Shown: in pieces, positions 18,845 through 27,722 of the stretch
Position numbering within the stretch: the first letter of the stretch is position 1
How the letters are laid out: each line of letters starts with the position of its first letter
NCBI GenBank assembly: GCA_028818755.1
Contig: JAPPNF010000108.1
Coordinates: 10,259-74,258, forward strand
Direction: 5' to 3'
Length of the DNA: 64,000 nt
DNA from: Deltaproteobacteria bacterium
GTDB taxonomy: Bacteria; Desulfobacterota; Binatia; UBA9968; JAJDTQ01
Notes under the pieces: generated by a model
What the model saw: the letters and a program-made list of their open reading frames with translations, nothing else
The model's database searches: none
Told to the model about the DNA's origin: nothing
Translations under genes and position numbers: made by a program

Positions 18845-20283
18845 ACGTGTTCGGCGCATTGACCCCCATCGTCCTGCTGGGCCTGACGCCGCTGGTGCTC
18901 ATGCTGGTGATCTCGTTCCGCCGCAGCCACGGGCTCGCGGTGGTGTTGTCGCTGGCCGGGTTGGGGTTGACCGTGGCGGTGCTGCCCGGAGTGGCCGCAA
19001 GCACGGCGCCGCCGGTGGCGCCGCTGCTGGCCATGGACGCGTTCGCGCTCTTCTACATTGGGCTCCTGTCGGCGGCCACCATGGTGGTGGTGGTGCTGTC
19101 GTACGGCTACCTGGAGCGCGCGCCCGGGAACCGCGAGGAGTTCTACCTGCTGCTGACGCTGGCAACGTTCGGCTGCGCCGTGCTCGCCGCCAGCAACCAC
19201 TTCGTGTCGTTCTTCCTCGGACTGGAAATCCTGAGCGTCTCCCTCTACGGCCTGGTGGCGTATCTCCGCACCACTCGCACGGCGCTGGAGTCCGGCGTCA
19301 AGTACCTGATCCTGGCTGCGGCGTCCGCAGCCTTCCTGCTATTCGGCATGGCGCTTATCTACGCGGACCTGGGCACCATGGATTTCACCGCCATGAACTC
19401 GGTGCTCGCGGGCAAGACGCGGGAGCCGACCCTGCTGCTGCTCGGGGGCTTCGGCATGGTGGTCATCGGCGCCGGCTTCAAGCTGGCGGTGGTGCCGTTC
19501 CACATGTGGGCGCCGGACGTCTACCAGGGCGCTCCCACGCCGGTGACCGCCTACCTGACCACGGTCTCCAAGGGCGCCATGGTGGCCCTGCTGCTCCGTT
19601 ACAGCCAATACGGCGGCCTGTTGGACTATGAATCGGTGGCCACCGTGCTGGCGATCATCGCCGTGCTGTCGATGTTTCTCGGCAACCTGCTCGCGCTGTT
19701 GCAGGAGAACGTCAAGCGCCTGCTGGCGTACTCGTCCATCGCCCACTTGGGCTACCTGCTGGTGGCGGTGATCGCGGCCTCCCGGGAGGGGTCCCACGCG
19801 GTGACCTACTACCTGGTGGCGTACTTCATCACCTCCCTGGGCATCTTCGGCATCATCGCGGCGCTCTCGGACGAGCGCAAGGAAGCCGACGAGGTCAGCG
19901 ACTACCGGGGCCTCTTCTGGCGCCGTCCGTGGGTGAGCGGCGCGCTGTCCGTGATGCTGTTCTCCCTGGCCGGGATCCCCCTCACCGCGGGGTTCGTGGG
20001 CAAGTTCTACGTCCTCACCGCCGGCGTGCTGTCCGACCTGTGGGCGCTGGTGATCCTGCTGGTGGTAAGCAGCGTCATCGGCCTCTACTACTACCTGCGC
20101 CTCATCATCACCATGTACCTGTCGGCTCCCGACGACCCCTCCTCGCCCCTGCCCGCCACCCGCCGGTTCTCCCTCCCGGAGGGACTCGTGCTCGCCGGCC
20201 TCACGGTGCTGCTGATCTGGTTCGGCGTGTATCCCGCGCCGCTGCTGGGTGCGATTCAGGCGGCCATCGGCAGTCTGACCTGA
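18841..20283 (+). CDS. nuoN: NADH-quinone oxidoreductase subunit N
   Basis: GTGA overlap with nuoM; FKLAVVPFHMWAPDVYQGAPTPVTAYL. Confidence 0.92.
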   Translation: MNVFGALTPIVLLGLTPLVLMLVISFRRSHGLAVVLSLAGLGLTVAVLPGVAASTAPPVAPLLAMDAFALFYIGLLSAATMVVVVLSYGYLERAPGNREEFYLLLTLATFGCAVLAASNHFVSFFLGLEILSVSLYGLVAYLRTTRTALESGVKYLILAAASAAFLLFGMALIYADLGTMDFTAMNSVLAGKTREPTLLLLGGFGMVVIGAGFKLAVVPFHMWAPDVYQGAPTPVTAYLTTVSKGAMVALLLRYSQYGGLLDYESVATVLAIIAVLSMFLGNLLALLQENVKRLLAYSSIAHLGYLLVAVIAASREGSHAVTYYLVAYFITSLGIFGIIAALSDERKEADEVSDYRGLFWRRPWVSGALSVMLFSLAGIPLTAGFVGKFYVLTAGVLSDLWALVILLVVSSVIGLYYYLRLIITMYLSAPDDPSSPLPATRRFSLPEGLVLAGLTVLLIWFGVYPAPLLGAIQAAIGSLT

Positions 20284-20289
20284 GGCGGA

Positions 20290-21084
20290 TCAGGGCAACA
20301 ACTCACCGCGCAGGACCGTTACCGCCTGACCCGACAGTATCACGCGCTCGTCGCGAACGGCGACCTTGACGAGACCGCGGCGCTCCGATACCTGCAGTGC
20401 GTTGAACGTGTCGCGGCCGAGGCGTGATTGCCAATAGGGTCCCAGGCAGCAATGGGCCGATCCGGTGACAGGGTCCTCGTCGATGCCGGTGCGTGGCGCG
20501 AAGAAGCGCGACACGAAATCCAGACCGTCCGATTCAGCCCCCGCCGTGACAATGATCCCGCGCGTGTCGATTCCCGCGAGACGCGTGAAGTCCGGAGCAA
20601 GACGCTCAACGGTCGACCGTGTGTCGACCTCGACAAGGTAGTCGAAGCGGTTCCGGCCGACGTATGCCGGCTCGGTGCCAAGGGCGGCGGCCAGTCCGTC
20701 CGGAGCAGGAGCCGGTTGGGCCGGTTCCGCCGGAAAGTCCATCTCGATCCACCCGCCGCGCAGTTCCGCCGACAACCGGCCGGAACGCGTGTGGAAAACG
20801 GCCGGCGCGTCTGGTGGCAGGTGTCCTTCCTCCCAAAGCACGTGAGCGCTTGCCAGAGTGGCGTGGCCGCAGAGGTCGACCTCGATCGCGGGCGTGAACC
20901 AGCGCAGGTCGAAGCCGCCAGCCTCGCGGCGCACGAGGAACGCGGTCTCCGACAGGTTCATCTCTCGCGCCACCCGCTGCATCCACGCGACGTCGGCTGG
21001 AGCGGGCAGCAGGCACACGGCGGCCGGGTTGCCTCCGAACGGCTCGCTGGTGAAAGCGTCAACTTGAGTGATGGTCAGGGACAT
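20290..21084 (-). CDS. PhzF-family isomerase
   Basis: MSLTITQVDAFTSEPFGGNPAAVC ... MNLSETAFL ... CGHATLAS ... DPVTGSAHCCLGPYW; start trimmed from ORF-track 21210 to ATG 21084. Confidence 0.85.
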   Translation of the reverse strand: MSLTITQVDAFTSEPFGGNPAAVCLLPAPADVAWMQRVAREMNLSETAFLVRREAGGFDLRWFTPAIEVDLCGHATLASAHVLWEEGHLPPDAPAVFHTRSGRLSAELRGGWIEMDFPAEPAQPAPAPDGLAAALGTEPAYVGRNRFDYLVEVDTRSTVERLAPDFTRLAGIDTRGIIVTAGAESDGLDFVSRFFAPRTGIDEDPVTGSAHCCLGPYWQSRLGRDTFNALQVSERRGLVKVAVRDERVILSGQAVTVLRGELLP

Positions 21085-21103
21085 CTTCGACCATTCATGA
21101 CAG

Positions 21104-21259
21104 TTACGGGATCCTGAGCAGTTCGTCGCCGAGGAGGGGCGGTTCGAATTCGACATCGGATCCCCCCAGCATCGCCAGTAGCTCGACGATGCTATCCTGT
21201 TTACTGGCATTGCTTACCTGTTGGCTGAATTCCTTGTGGTTGGTGTTCTTGGGGTCCAT
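21104..21259 (-). CDS. Hypothetical small protein (51 aa)
   Basis: Below the ORF-track cutoff; ATG 21259 preceded by GGAGGG about 8 nt upstream; MDPKNTNHKEFSQQVSNASKQDSIVELLAMLGGSDVEFEPPLLGDELLRIP; ends 20 nt before the PhzF start. Confidence 0.3.
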   Translation of the reverse strand: MDPKNTNHKEFSQQVSNASKQDSIVELLAMLGGSDVEFEPPLLGDELLRIP

Positions 21260-21316
21260 CCGTCAACCCTCCCTCACCGGTCGAATACTTTACCACAAAC
21301 CTGCGGGCAAGCCTGA

Positions 21317-21345
21317 TTGACAGACGTGACGGACAGGGATTAACT
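21317..21345 (+). promoter_or_regulatory. Possible sigma70-like promoter TTGACA-N17-TTAACT upstream of oxc
   Basis: Read directly; good -35, weak -10; 72 nt upstream of ATG 21418. Confidence 0.25.
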
Positions 21346-21417
21346 AACTGCATTTTGCCGGTTCAGCAGGAATGGGGCGAGGCGGCCGGCAAGTGCCTCC
21401 GCGAAGGAAACGCAACC

Positions 21418-23169
21418 ATGGCAAGGGTTTCGACCGACAAACGGACCTCCAGCACGGCCGAGGATACGCTGGCGCAAAAGAGCCGCGACGAGAGCGTCGT
21501 CTCCGGCGGCCATCTGGTGGCGGCCGCGCTCAAGAACGAAGGCGTGGACACCGTCTTCACCCTGTGCGGGGGCCATATCATCGACATCTACGACGGCTGC
21601 ATCGACCACGGCATCCGCGTCGTGGATGTGCGCCACGAGCAGGTGGCGGCCCACGCGGCCGACGGCTACGCCCGGCAGACGGGGCGGCTGGGCTGCGTAG
21701 TCACCACCGCGGGGCCGGGGTTCACCAACGCCCTGACCGGCATCGCCACGGCGTTCCGCTCGGAGAGCCCGGTCCTGCACATCGGCGGCCAGGGGGCTCT
21801 GACACAGCACAAGATGGGGTCGCTGCAGGATCTTCCCCACGTGGACGTCGCCGCGCCCATCACCAAGTTCTCGGCGAGCGTGCGTTCCACCGAACGCATC
21901 GCCGACATGGTGGCCATGGCGGCGCGCGAGTGCTTTGCCGGGGCGCCGGGGCCAAGCTACCTGGAAATACCCCGGGACGTGCTCGACCGCGAGGTCCCGG
22001 CGGACAAAGTGATCGTGCCGGAGGGCGGGCGCTACCGCGCTTCGACCCGCTCCATCGGCGACCCCGCGGATGTCGAGAAGTTGGCGGAATTGTTGGTGAA
22101 GTCCGAGCGGCCGGCGGTGCTGCTGGGCGCCCAGGTGTGGAGTTGCCGGGGACACGAGGCCGCTACCTCGTTGTTCAAGGCGCTCAACGTCCCCTGTTAC
22201 ATGAACGGCGCCGCCCGCGGCCTGCTGCCGCCCGGCGACCCTCACTACTTCAACCGCACACGTGGCGACGCCTTCAACGAGGCGGACGTCATCGTCATCG
22301 TCGGCACGCCCTTCGACTTCCGCATGGGCTACGGCCGCCGGCTGCGAGCGGACGCCGCCGTGGTCCACATCGACATGGACTACCGCACGGTGGCCAAGAA
22401 CCGCGACGTCTCACTGGGCCTCGTGGGTGATCCGGGAGCGATCCTCAAGGCGGTGCACGCGGCGGTCGGGGAACGCCCCGACAATGGCGCCGAGGGCCGA
22501 GCCCGCTGGCTCGAGCATCTCCGCGGCCTCGAGAACGAGCGGCTGGCGAAGCTCATGCCGCTGTTCACGTCGGACGCCAATCCCATTCACCCCTGGCGCG
22601 TCGCCTGGGAGCTCAACGAGTTCCTGACCGAGGACACCATCTACATCGGCGACGGCGGCGACGTCGTCACCATCAGCGCTCAGGCGGTGGAGCCCCGGGC
22701 ACCCGGCAACTGGATGGACCCGGGCGCCCTCGGCGCGCTGGGCGTCGGTACGGGTTTTGCGCTGGCTTCCAAGCTGGTGCACCCGGAGAAGGAAGTCCTG
22801 TGCTACTACGGCGACGGATCGTTCGGCATGACCGCGTTCGACATGGAGACCGCCAACCGGTTCGGCGCCCCCTACATCGCCGTTATCGGCAACAACTCGG
22901 CCATGAACCAGATCCGCTACGGCCAGCTCTCCAAGTACGGCGAGGAGCGTGGCAACGTCGGCAACCTGCTCGGCGACGTGCCGTTCTCGAAGTTCGCGGA
23001 GATGCTGGGCGGATACGGCGAGGAGGTCACCGACTGCCATGAGGTCGGGCCGGCGCTGCGGCGGGCGCGGGAGTCGGTGCGAACCTCCGGCAAGTCGGCT
23101 GTCGTCAACATCTGGGTGAACGCGGGCGAGTGGGCTCCCGGCACCAAGCGACAGACCATGTACAAGTAG
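21418..23169 (+). CDS. oxc: ThDP-dependent oxalyl-CoA decarboxylase (or 2-hydroxyacyl-CoA lyase-like)
   Basis: ALS/POX-family layout (RHEQVAAHAADGYAR, GPGFTNALTGIA, YYGDGSFGMT...GNNSAMN ThDP motif) immediately upstream of a clear frc. Confidence 0.7.
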   Translation: MARVSTDKRTSSTAEDTLAQKSRDESVVSGGHLVAAALKNEGVDTVFTLCGGHIIDIYDGCIDHGIRVVDVRHEQVAAHAADGYARQTGRLGCVVTTAGPGFTNALTGIATAFRSESPVLHIGGQGALTQHKMGSLQDLPHVDVAAPITKFSASVRSTERIADMVAMAARECFAGAPGPSYLEIPRDVLDREVPADKVIVPEGGRYRASTRSIGDPADVEKLAELLVKSERPAVLLGAQVWSCRGHEAATSLFKALNVPCYMNGAARGLLPPGDPHYFNRTRGDAFNEADVIVIVGTPFDFRMGYGRRLRADAAVVHIDMDYRTVAKNRDVSLGLVGDPGAILKAVHAAVGERPDNGAEGRARWLEHLRGLENERLAKLMPLFTSDANPIHPWRVAWELNEFLTEDTIYIGDGGDVVTISAQAVEPRAPGNWMDPGALGALGVGTGFALASKLVHPEKEVLCYYGDGSFGMTAFDMETANRFGAPYIAVIGNNSAMNQIRYGQLSKYGEERGNVGNLLGDVPFSKFAEMLGGYGEEVTDCHEVGPALRRARESVRTSGKSAVVNIWVNAGEWAPGTKRQTMYK

Positions 23170-23202
23170 AACAGGGCCACCTGCAGGCAACCGGGTAACG
23201 AA

Positions 23203-24441
23203 ATGGAAAAGGCACTCTCCGGCATCCGCATCCTGGACATGACCCACGTACAAGCGGGTCCCACCTCCAGCCAGCTCATGGGCTTTCTTGGCGCGGACGT
23301 GATCAAGCTCGAGTCGCCCGCGGGCGACGCCACGCGCAAGCAGCTTTGGGACATTCCCGACGCCGACAGCCTCTACTTCACCATGCTGAACTGCAACAAG
23401 CGCTCTATCACGGTGAACCTCAAGAACGAACGCGGCAAGGAAGTATTCACCCGGCTGGTCAAGGCGTGCGACGTGCTGCTGGAGAACTTCGGCCCGGGCG
23501 TGCTGGACCGCCTCGGGTTCGGCTGGGAAAAGGTGCACGAGCTGAACCCGCGGCTGATCATGGGTTCCATCAAGGGGTTCGGCAGCGAGGGGCCCTACGC
23601 CGCCTTCAAGGCCTACGAGAACGTGGCCCAGGCCATGGGCGGGGCCATGAGCACCAGCGGCATGTTCGACGGCCCACCGGTGGTGACCGGCGCCCAGATC
23701 GGCGACTCCGGCACCGGCGTTCACCTGCTGGCGGGAATCCTCGCGGCCCTGCTCCAGCGGGAACGCACCGGGCGCGGCCAGTACGTCGAGTGCGCCATGA
23801 TGGACTGCGTCATGAACCTCTGCCGCGTGAAGTTCCGCGACCACCAGCGCATCGAGCGCGGCCCCTTGGCAGAGTACTCGGTGCAGGAGTTCGAGGACTT
23901 CACGCCGCGGGCTGGCAACGACTCGGGGGGCGGGCAACTGGGTAACGCCGTTCCGTGCAAGCCCGGCGGGGCCAACGACTACCTCTACGTGGTGGTGCAG
24001 GAGCACGTGTGGACAGCCCTGGCCAAGCGCATCGGCGGCGAGGCGTTGGCCGACGACCCACGCTTCGACAACATCGACGTCCGGCGCGCCAACCAGGCGG
24101 AGATGTGGCGCCTGCTGGCGGAGTTCGCCCGGGACTACACCAAGTGGGAGCTGATGGAGATCCTGAACGATCTCGACGTCCCCTGCGGCCCGATCATGAG
24201 CACCAGGGACCTGGCCCACGACGAACACGTCCAGCTCCGGGAGATGATGGTGGAGGTCGATCATCCCGAGCGGGGCCCGTGGCACAACGTGGGCTGCCCC
24301 ATCAAGCTCTCGGACTCGCCGGTGGAGATCAAGCGCTCGCCCTTGCTGGGAGAGCATACCGACGAGGTGCTGAGCGAAGTCCTGGGCTACGGCGAGAAGG
24401 AGATCGCCGCGCTGAGAAGCGCTGGAGCGTTCACTCGGTAG
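23203..24441 (+). CDS. frc: Formyl-CoA:oxalate CoA-transferase (family III CoA-transferase)
   Basis: Collinear with E. coli/O. formigenes Frc as recalled: GIRILDMTHVQAGP, DVIKLE, LYFTMLNCNKRSI, KAYENVAQAMGGA, GDSGTGVHLLAGILAAL, PLLGEHTDEVL. Confidence 0.88.
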   Translation: MEKALSGIRILDMTHVQAGPTSSQLMGFLGADVIKLESPAGDATRKQLWDIPDADSLYFTMLNCNKRSITVNLKNERGKEVFTRLVKACDVLLENFGPGVLDRLGFGWEKVHELNPRLIMGSIKGFGSEGPYAAFKAYENVAQAMGGAMSTSGMFDGPPVVTGAQIGDSGTGVHLLAGILAALLQRERTGRGQYVECAMMDCVMNLCRVKFRDHQRIERGPLAEYSVQEFEDFTPRAGNDSGGGQLGNAVPCKPGGANDYLYVVVQEHVWTALAKRIGGEALADDPRFDNIDVRRANQAEMWRLLAEFARDYTKWELMEILNDLDVPCGPIMSTRDLAHDEHVQLREMMVEVDHPERGPWHNVGCPIKLSDSPVEIKRSPLLGEHTDEVLSEVLGYGEKEIAALRSAGAFTR

Positions 24442-24521
24442 ACTCTTCCGAATCGAGATCCGCCCGTCGCGCGTTCGGGGAAGCCGTCGGGTCCATCCTC
24501 CGGGGAGGGAGGCCGTACAAG

Positions 24522-26666
24522 ATGCAATCGGCAACTGATCGGCAGGAGCAGGTCCTCGCGGTCTTGCATGAAGCCAGGTCCGAGGGACGGACCACGTTGT
24601 CACCGTTGGAGTGCAGCGCCGTGCTGCGGGCCTATGGCGTTCCGCTGCCGCGGGAAGGCGTGGCCCAGTCGGCGGCGGCGGCCGCGGATCTGGCCGAGGA
24701 CATCGGCTTTCCGGTGGTGATGAAGATCGTCTCCGAGGACATCCTGCACAAGACCGAAGCCGGCGGCGTGCTGGTGGGGGTGGCGGACCGGGAGCAGGCG
24801 GAGCGCGCCTACCGGACCCTGTTGAGCAGTGCCCGAGCCTACAAGGCCGACGCCGCGCTGGCCGGGGTCCAGGTGCAGGAGCAGGTCTCCCGCAAGGGGG
24901 TGGAGGTCATCGTCGGCGCGGTTACCGACCCGAGCTTCGGCAAGGTGGTGGCCTTCGGGCTCGGCGGCGTGCTGGTGGAGGTGCTCCGCGACGTGACCTT
25001 CCGGCTGGCCCCCGCCACACGCGACGACGCCCTCTCCATGCTGGACGGCGTGGCCGCGGCGGAAGTCCTCAAGGGCGTCCGGGGCGGGCCGCCGGTGCAG
25101 CGGGAGGCCCTGGCGGACATCATCGTGAGTGTCTCGCAACTGGTAAGCGACTTCCCGGAGATCCGCGAGGTAGACCTCAACCCGGTGCTGGCGGACGCCG
25201 GTGGCGCCACCGCGGTGGACAGCGTGATGACCGTGGACTTCGCGGCGCAGCCCCAACCCTACCGGCCGTCCCGTGACGAGATCGTCTCGGCCATGCAGCG
25301 CATCATGAACCCCAGGGCGGTGGCGGTCATCGGCGCCTCGGACGGGGAAGGGAAGATCGGCAACTCGGTGATGAAGAACATCATCAACGGGGGCTACGCG
25401 GGCGAGCTCTACCCCATCAACCCCAGGGCCGACGAGATCCTGGGGAAGAAGTGCTTCAAGAGCGTCAAGGACATCCCCGGCGAGGTGGACGTGGCCATCT
25501 TCGCGGTGCCGGCCAAGTTCTGCGCCGCCGCCATGACCGAAGTGGGGGAGAAGGGCATCCCGGGGGCGGTGATGATCCCGTCGGGCTTCGCCGAGGTGGG
25601 CGAGAAGGAGATGCAGGCGGAGCTTCTGGCGGAGGCGCGAAAGTACAACGTGCGCGTCATGGGACCCAACATCTACGGCTTCTACTACACGCCCGCCAAC
25701 CTCTGCGCGACGTTTTGCACCCCCTACGACGTCAAGGGCCCGGTTGCGCTGTCGTCCCAGAGCGGCGGCGTGGGCATGTCCATCATCGGCTTCAGCCGCT
25801 CCACCCGGCTGGGGGTCTCCGCCATCGTCGGGCTGGGCAACAAGTCGGACCTGGACGAGGACGACCTGCTCACCTACTTCGAGCAGGACGACAATACCCA
25901 GGTGGTGGCCATGCACGCCGAGGACCTCAAGGACGGCCGCAGCTTCTACGAGGTGGCCAGCCGCGTGTCCAAGAAGAAGCCCGTGGTCATGCTCAAGGCC
26001 GGCCGCACCCAGCTCGGCGCCCGCGCCGCCGCCTCCCACACCGGCGCCCTGGCCGGCGACGACAAGGTCTATGACGACCTCCTGAAGGCCTGCGGCGTGG
26101 TGCGCGCCTATTCCCTCAACGACATGCTCCAGTTCGCCCGGGGCCTGTCGGTGCTGCCGACCCCCAAGGGCGAGGAGATCGTCATCATCACCGGCGCCGG
26201 CGGCTCCGGGGTGCTGCTGTCGGACGCGGTGGTGGCCAACGGCCTCTCGCTCATGAAGTTCCCCCAGGACCTGGACGAGGGCTTCAAGCAGTTCATCCCA
26301 CCCTTCGGCGCATCGGGCAACCCCGTGGACATCACCGGCGGCGAGCCTCCTACCACCTACGAGCGCACCATCCGGTTCGGCCTCGAGGACGACCGCATCC
26401 ACGCGCTCATCCTGGGCTACTGGCATACCATCATCACGCCGCCCATGGTGTTCGCCGAGTTGTGCGCCCGGGTGGTGCAGGAAGGGCGGGACAAGGGCAT
26501 CGAGAAGCCGGTGGTGGTGTCGCTGGTGGGCGACGTCCAGGTGGAGGAGGCCTCGGAGTACCTCTACGAACGGGGCATCGTTGCCTGTCCCTACACCACT
26601 GAACTACCGGTGGCGATCCTGGGCGCCAAGTACCGGTGGGCTCGGGGGGCGGGGCTGCTGGGATAA
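24522..26666 (+). CDS. ADP-forming acyl-CoA synthetase (NDP-forming ACD family), fused with ATP-grasp (beta) domain N-terminal to the CoA-binding/ligase (alpha) part
   Basis: N-terminal ATP-grasp (FPVVMKIVSEDILHKTEAGGV), then AVAVIGASDGEGKIGN CoA-binding, SSQSGG, AAASHTGALAG phospho-His loop; ATG 24522 with GGAGGGAGG upstream. Confidence 0.75.
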   Translation: MQSATDRQEQVLAVLHEARSEGRTTLSPLECSAVLRAYGVPLPREGVAQSAAAAADLAEDIGFPVVMKIVSEDILHKTEAGGVLVGVADREQAERAYRTLLSSARAYKADAALAGVQVQEQVSRKGVEVIVGAVTDPSFGKVVAFGLGGVLVEVLRDVTFRLAPATRDDALSMLDGVAAAEVLKGVRGGPPVQREALADIIVSVSQLVSDFPEIREVDLNPVLADAGGATAVDSVMTVDFAAQPQPYRPSRDEIVSAMQRIMNPRAVAVIGASDGEGKIGNSVMKNIINGGYAGELYPINPRADEILGKKCFKSVKDIPGEVDVAIFAVPAKFCAAAMTEVGEKGIPGAVMIPSGFAEVGEKEMQAELLAEARKYNVRVMGPNIYGFYYTPANLCATFCTPYDVKGPVALSSQSGGVGMSIIGFSRSTRLGVSAIVGLGNKSDLDEDDLLTYFEQDDNTQVVAMHAEDLKDGRSFYEVASRVSKKKPVVMLKAGRTQLGARAAASHTGALAGDDKVYDDLLKACGVVRAYSLNDMLQFARGLSVLPTPKGEEIVIITGAGGSGVLLSDAVVANGLSLMKFPQDLDEGFKQFIPPFGASGNPVDITGGEPPTTYERTIRFGLEDDRIHALILGYWHTIITPPMVFAELCARVVQEGRDKGIEKPVVVSLVGDVQVEEASEYLYERGIVACPYTTELPVAILGAKYRWARGAGLLG

Positions 26667-26701
26667 GGGCAACAACAAATATTTAGCATCGGAGGACAAC
26701 C

Positions 26702-27658
26702 ATGGAGCGACTTCCGCGTGGAGCGAACTTTCAGCGCAGCCTGATGCTGTGGCAAATCGGGTTGCACGTCGCCGGCGACCCGAACGAGCCGTACTACGGC
26801 AACCGGGACATGTGCATATCGGTAGGGAGCGGGTCGGCGGAGAACTTCCGGCCGTGGCTGCGCATGTCCACGGGCTCGCCCATCATCGCCCACGCGGTGG
26901 CCAAGGGGGACCTGGAGATGTCCATGGTGAACCCGTCGGCTTTCCTGACCCAGGCCTACCGGGGTGTCGGGCTCTTCGAGGAGCCGCTGCCGCTCCGTGT
27001 GGTAGCCTGCTACCCGTCCTGGGACCGCTTCGTGTTCATGATCCACCCGCGCACGGGAATTACCTCCCTGTCCCAGATCAAGGAGCGGAAGTATCCGCTG
27101 CGCCTCTCCATCCGCGAGGACGCCACCCACTCCACCCGGGTGCTGCTGGACCAGACCCTGGAGATCTACGGCTTCACGCTCGCGGACCTGGAATCCTGGG
27201 GCGGAAGCCTGCAGCTCAACGGCGGGCCGGGCGACGAGCGCCGCATGGCGGCGCTCAGGGACGAGACCATCGACGCGGTCTTCGACGAGGGTCTGGTGCT
27301 GTGGTTCGACGACGCCCTGTCGCGCGGCATGGAGCCCGTCACCCCGGACGATTTCGCCATGGAGCGACTCAACGCCCTGGGGTGGCGCACGGTGAACATA
27401 CCGGCGGAACGCTATCCTCACCTCAAGGCGGACCACACCTGCATCGACTACGGCGGCTGGCCTCTTTACACCCGGGAATCCCTGCCCGACGAGGACGTGT
27501 ACAAGGTGTGCGCGGCGCTGAAGGAGCGCCAGAGCGAGATCTACTGGGAGACGCTGACGGGCATCGACCAGTTGTGGAAGGATACCGACGCCACGCCCCT
27601 GGACGTGCCGCTCCACCCCGGCGCGGAGAAGTTCTGCAGGGAGCAGGGCTACCTGTAA
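26702..27658 (+). CDS. TAXI/NMT1-like periplasmic-binding-fold protein without recognisable signal peptide
   Basis: 318 aa; STGSPIIAHAVAKGDLEMSMVNPSAFLTQAYRG...LRVVACYP...ITSLSQIKERKYPLRLS resembles TAXI TRAP solute receptors; N-terminus not hydrophobic. Confidence 0.4.
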   Translation: MERLPRGANFQRSLMLWQIGLHVAGDPNEPYYGNRDMCISVGSGSAENFRPWLRMSTGSPIIAHAVAKGDLEMSMVNPSAFLTQAYRGVGLFEEPLPLRVVACYPSWDRFVFMIHPRTGITSLSQIKERKYPLRLSIREDATHSTRVLLDQTLEIYGFTLADLESWGGSLQLNGGPGDERRMAALRDETIDAVFDEGLVLWFDDALSRGMEPVTPDDFAMERLNALGWRTVNIPAERYPHLKADHTCIDYGGWPLYTRESLPDEDVYKVCAALKERQSEIYWETLTGIDQLWKDTDATPLDVPLHPGAEKFCREQGYL

Positions 27659-27722
27659 CGACTACCCGTAAGAGGCAGAGAGCCGTTGTCCTCGATATGG
27701 ACAAGGGACACTGCTGCCTGGG

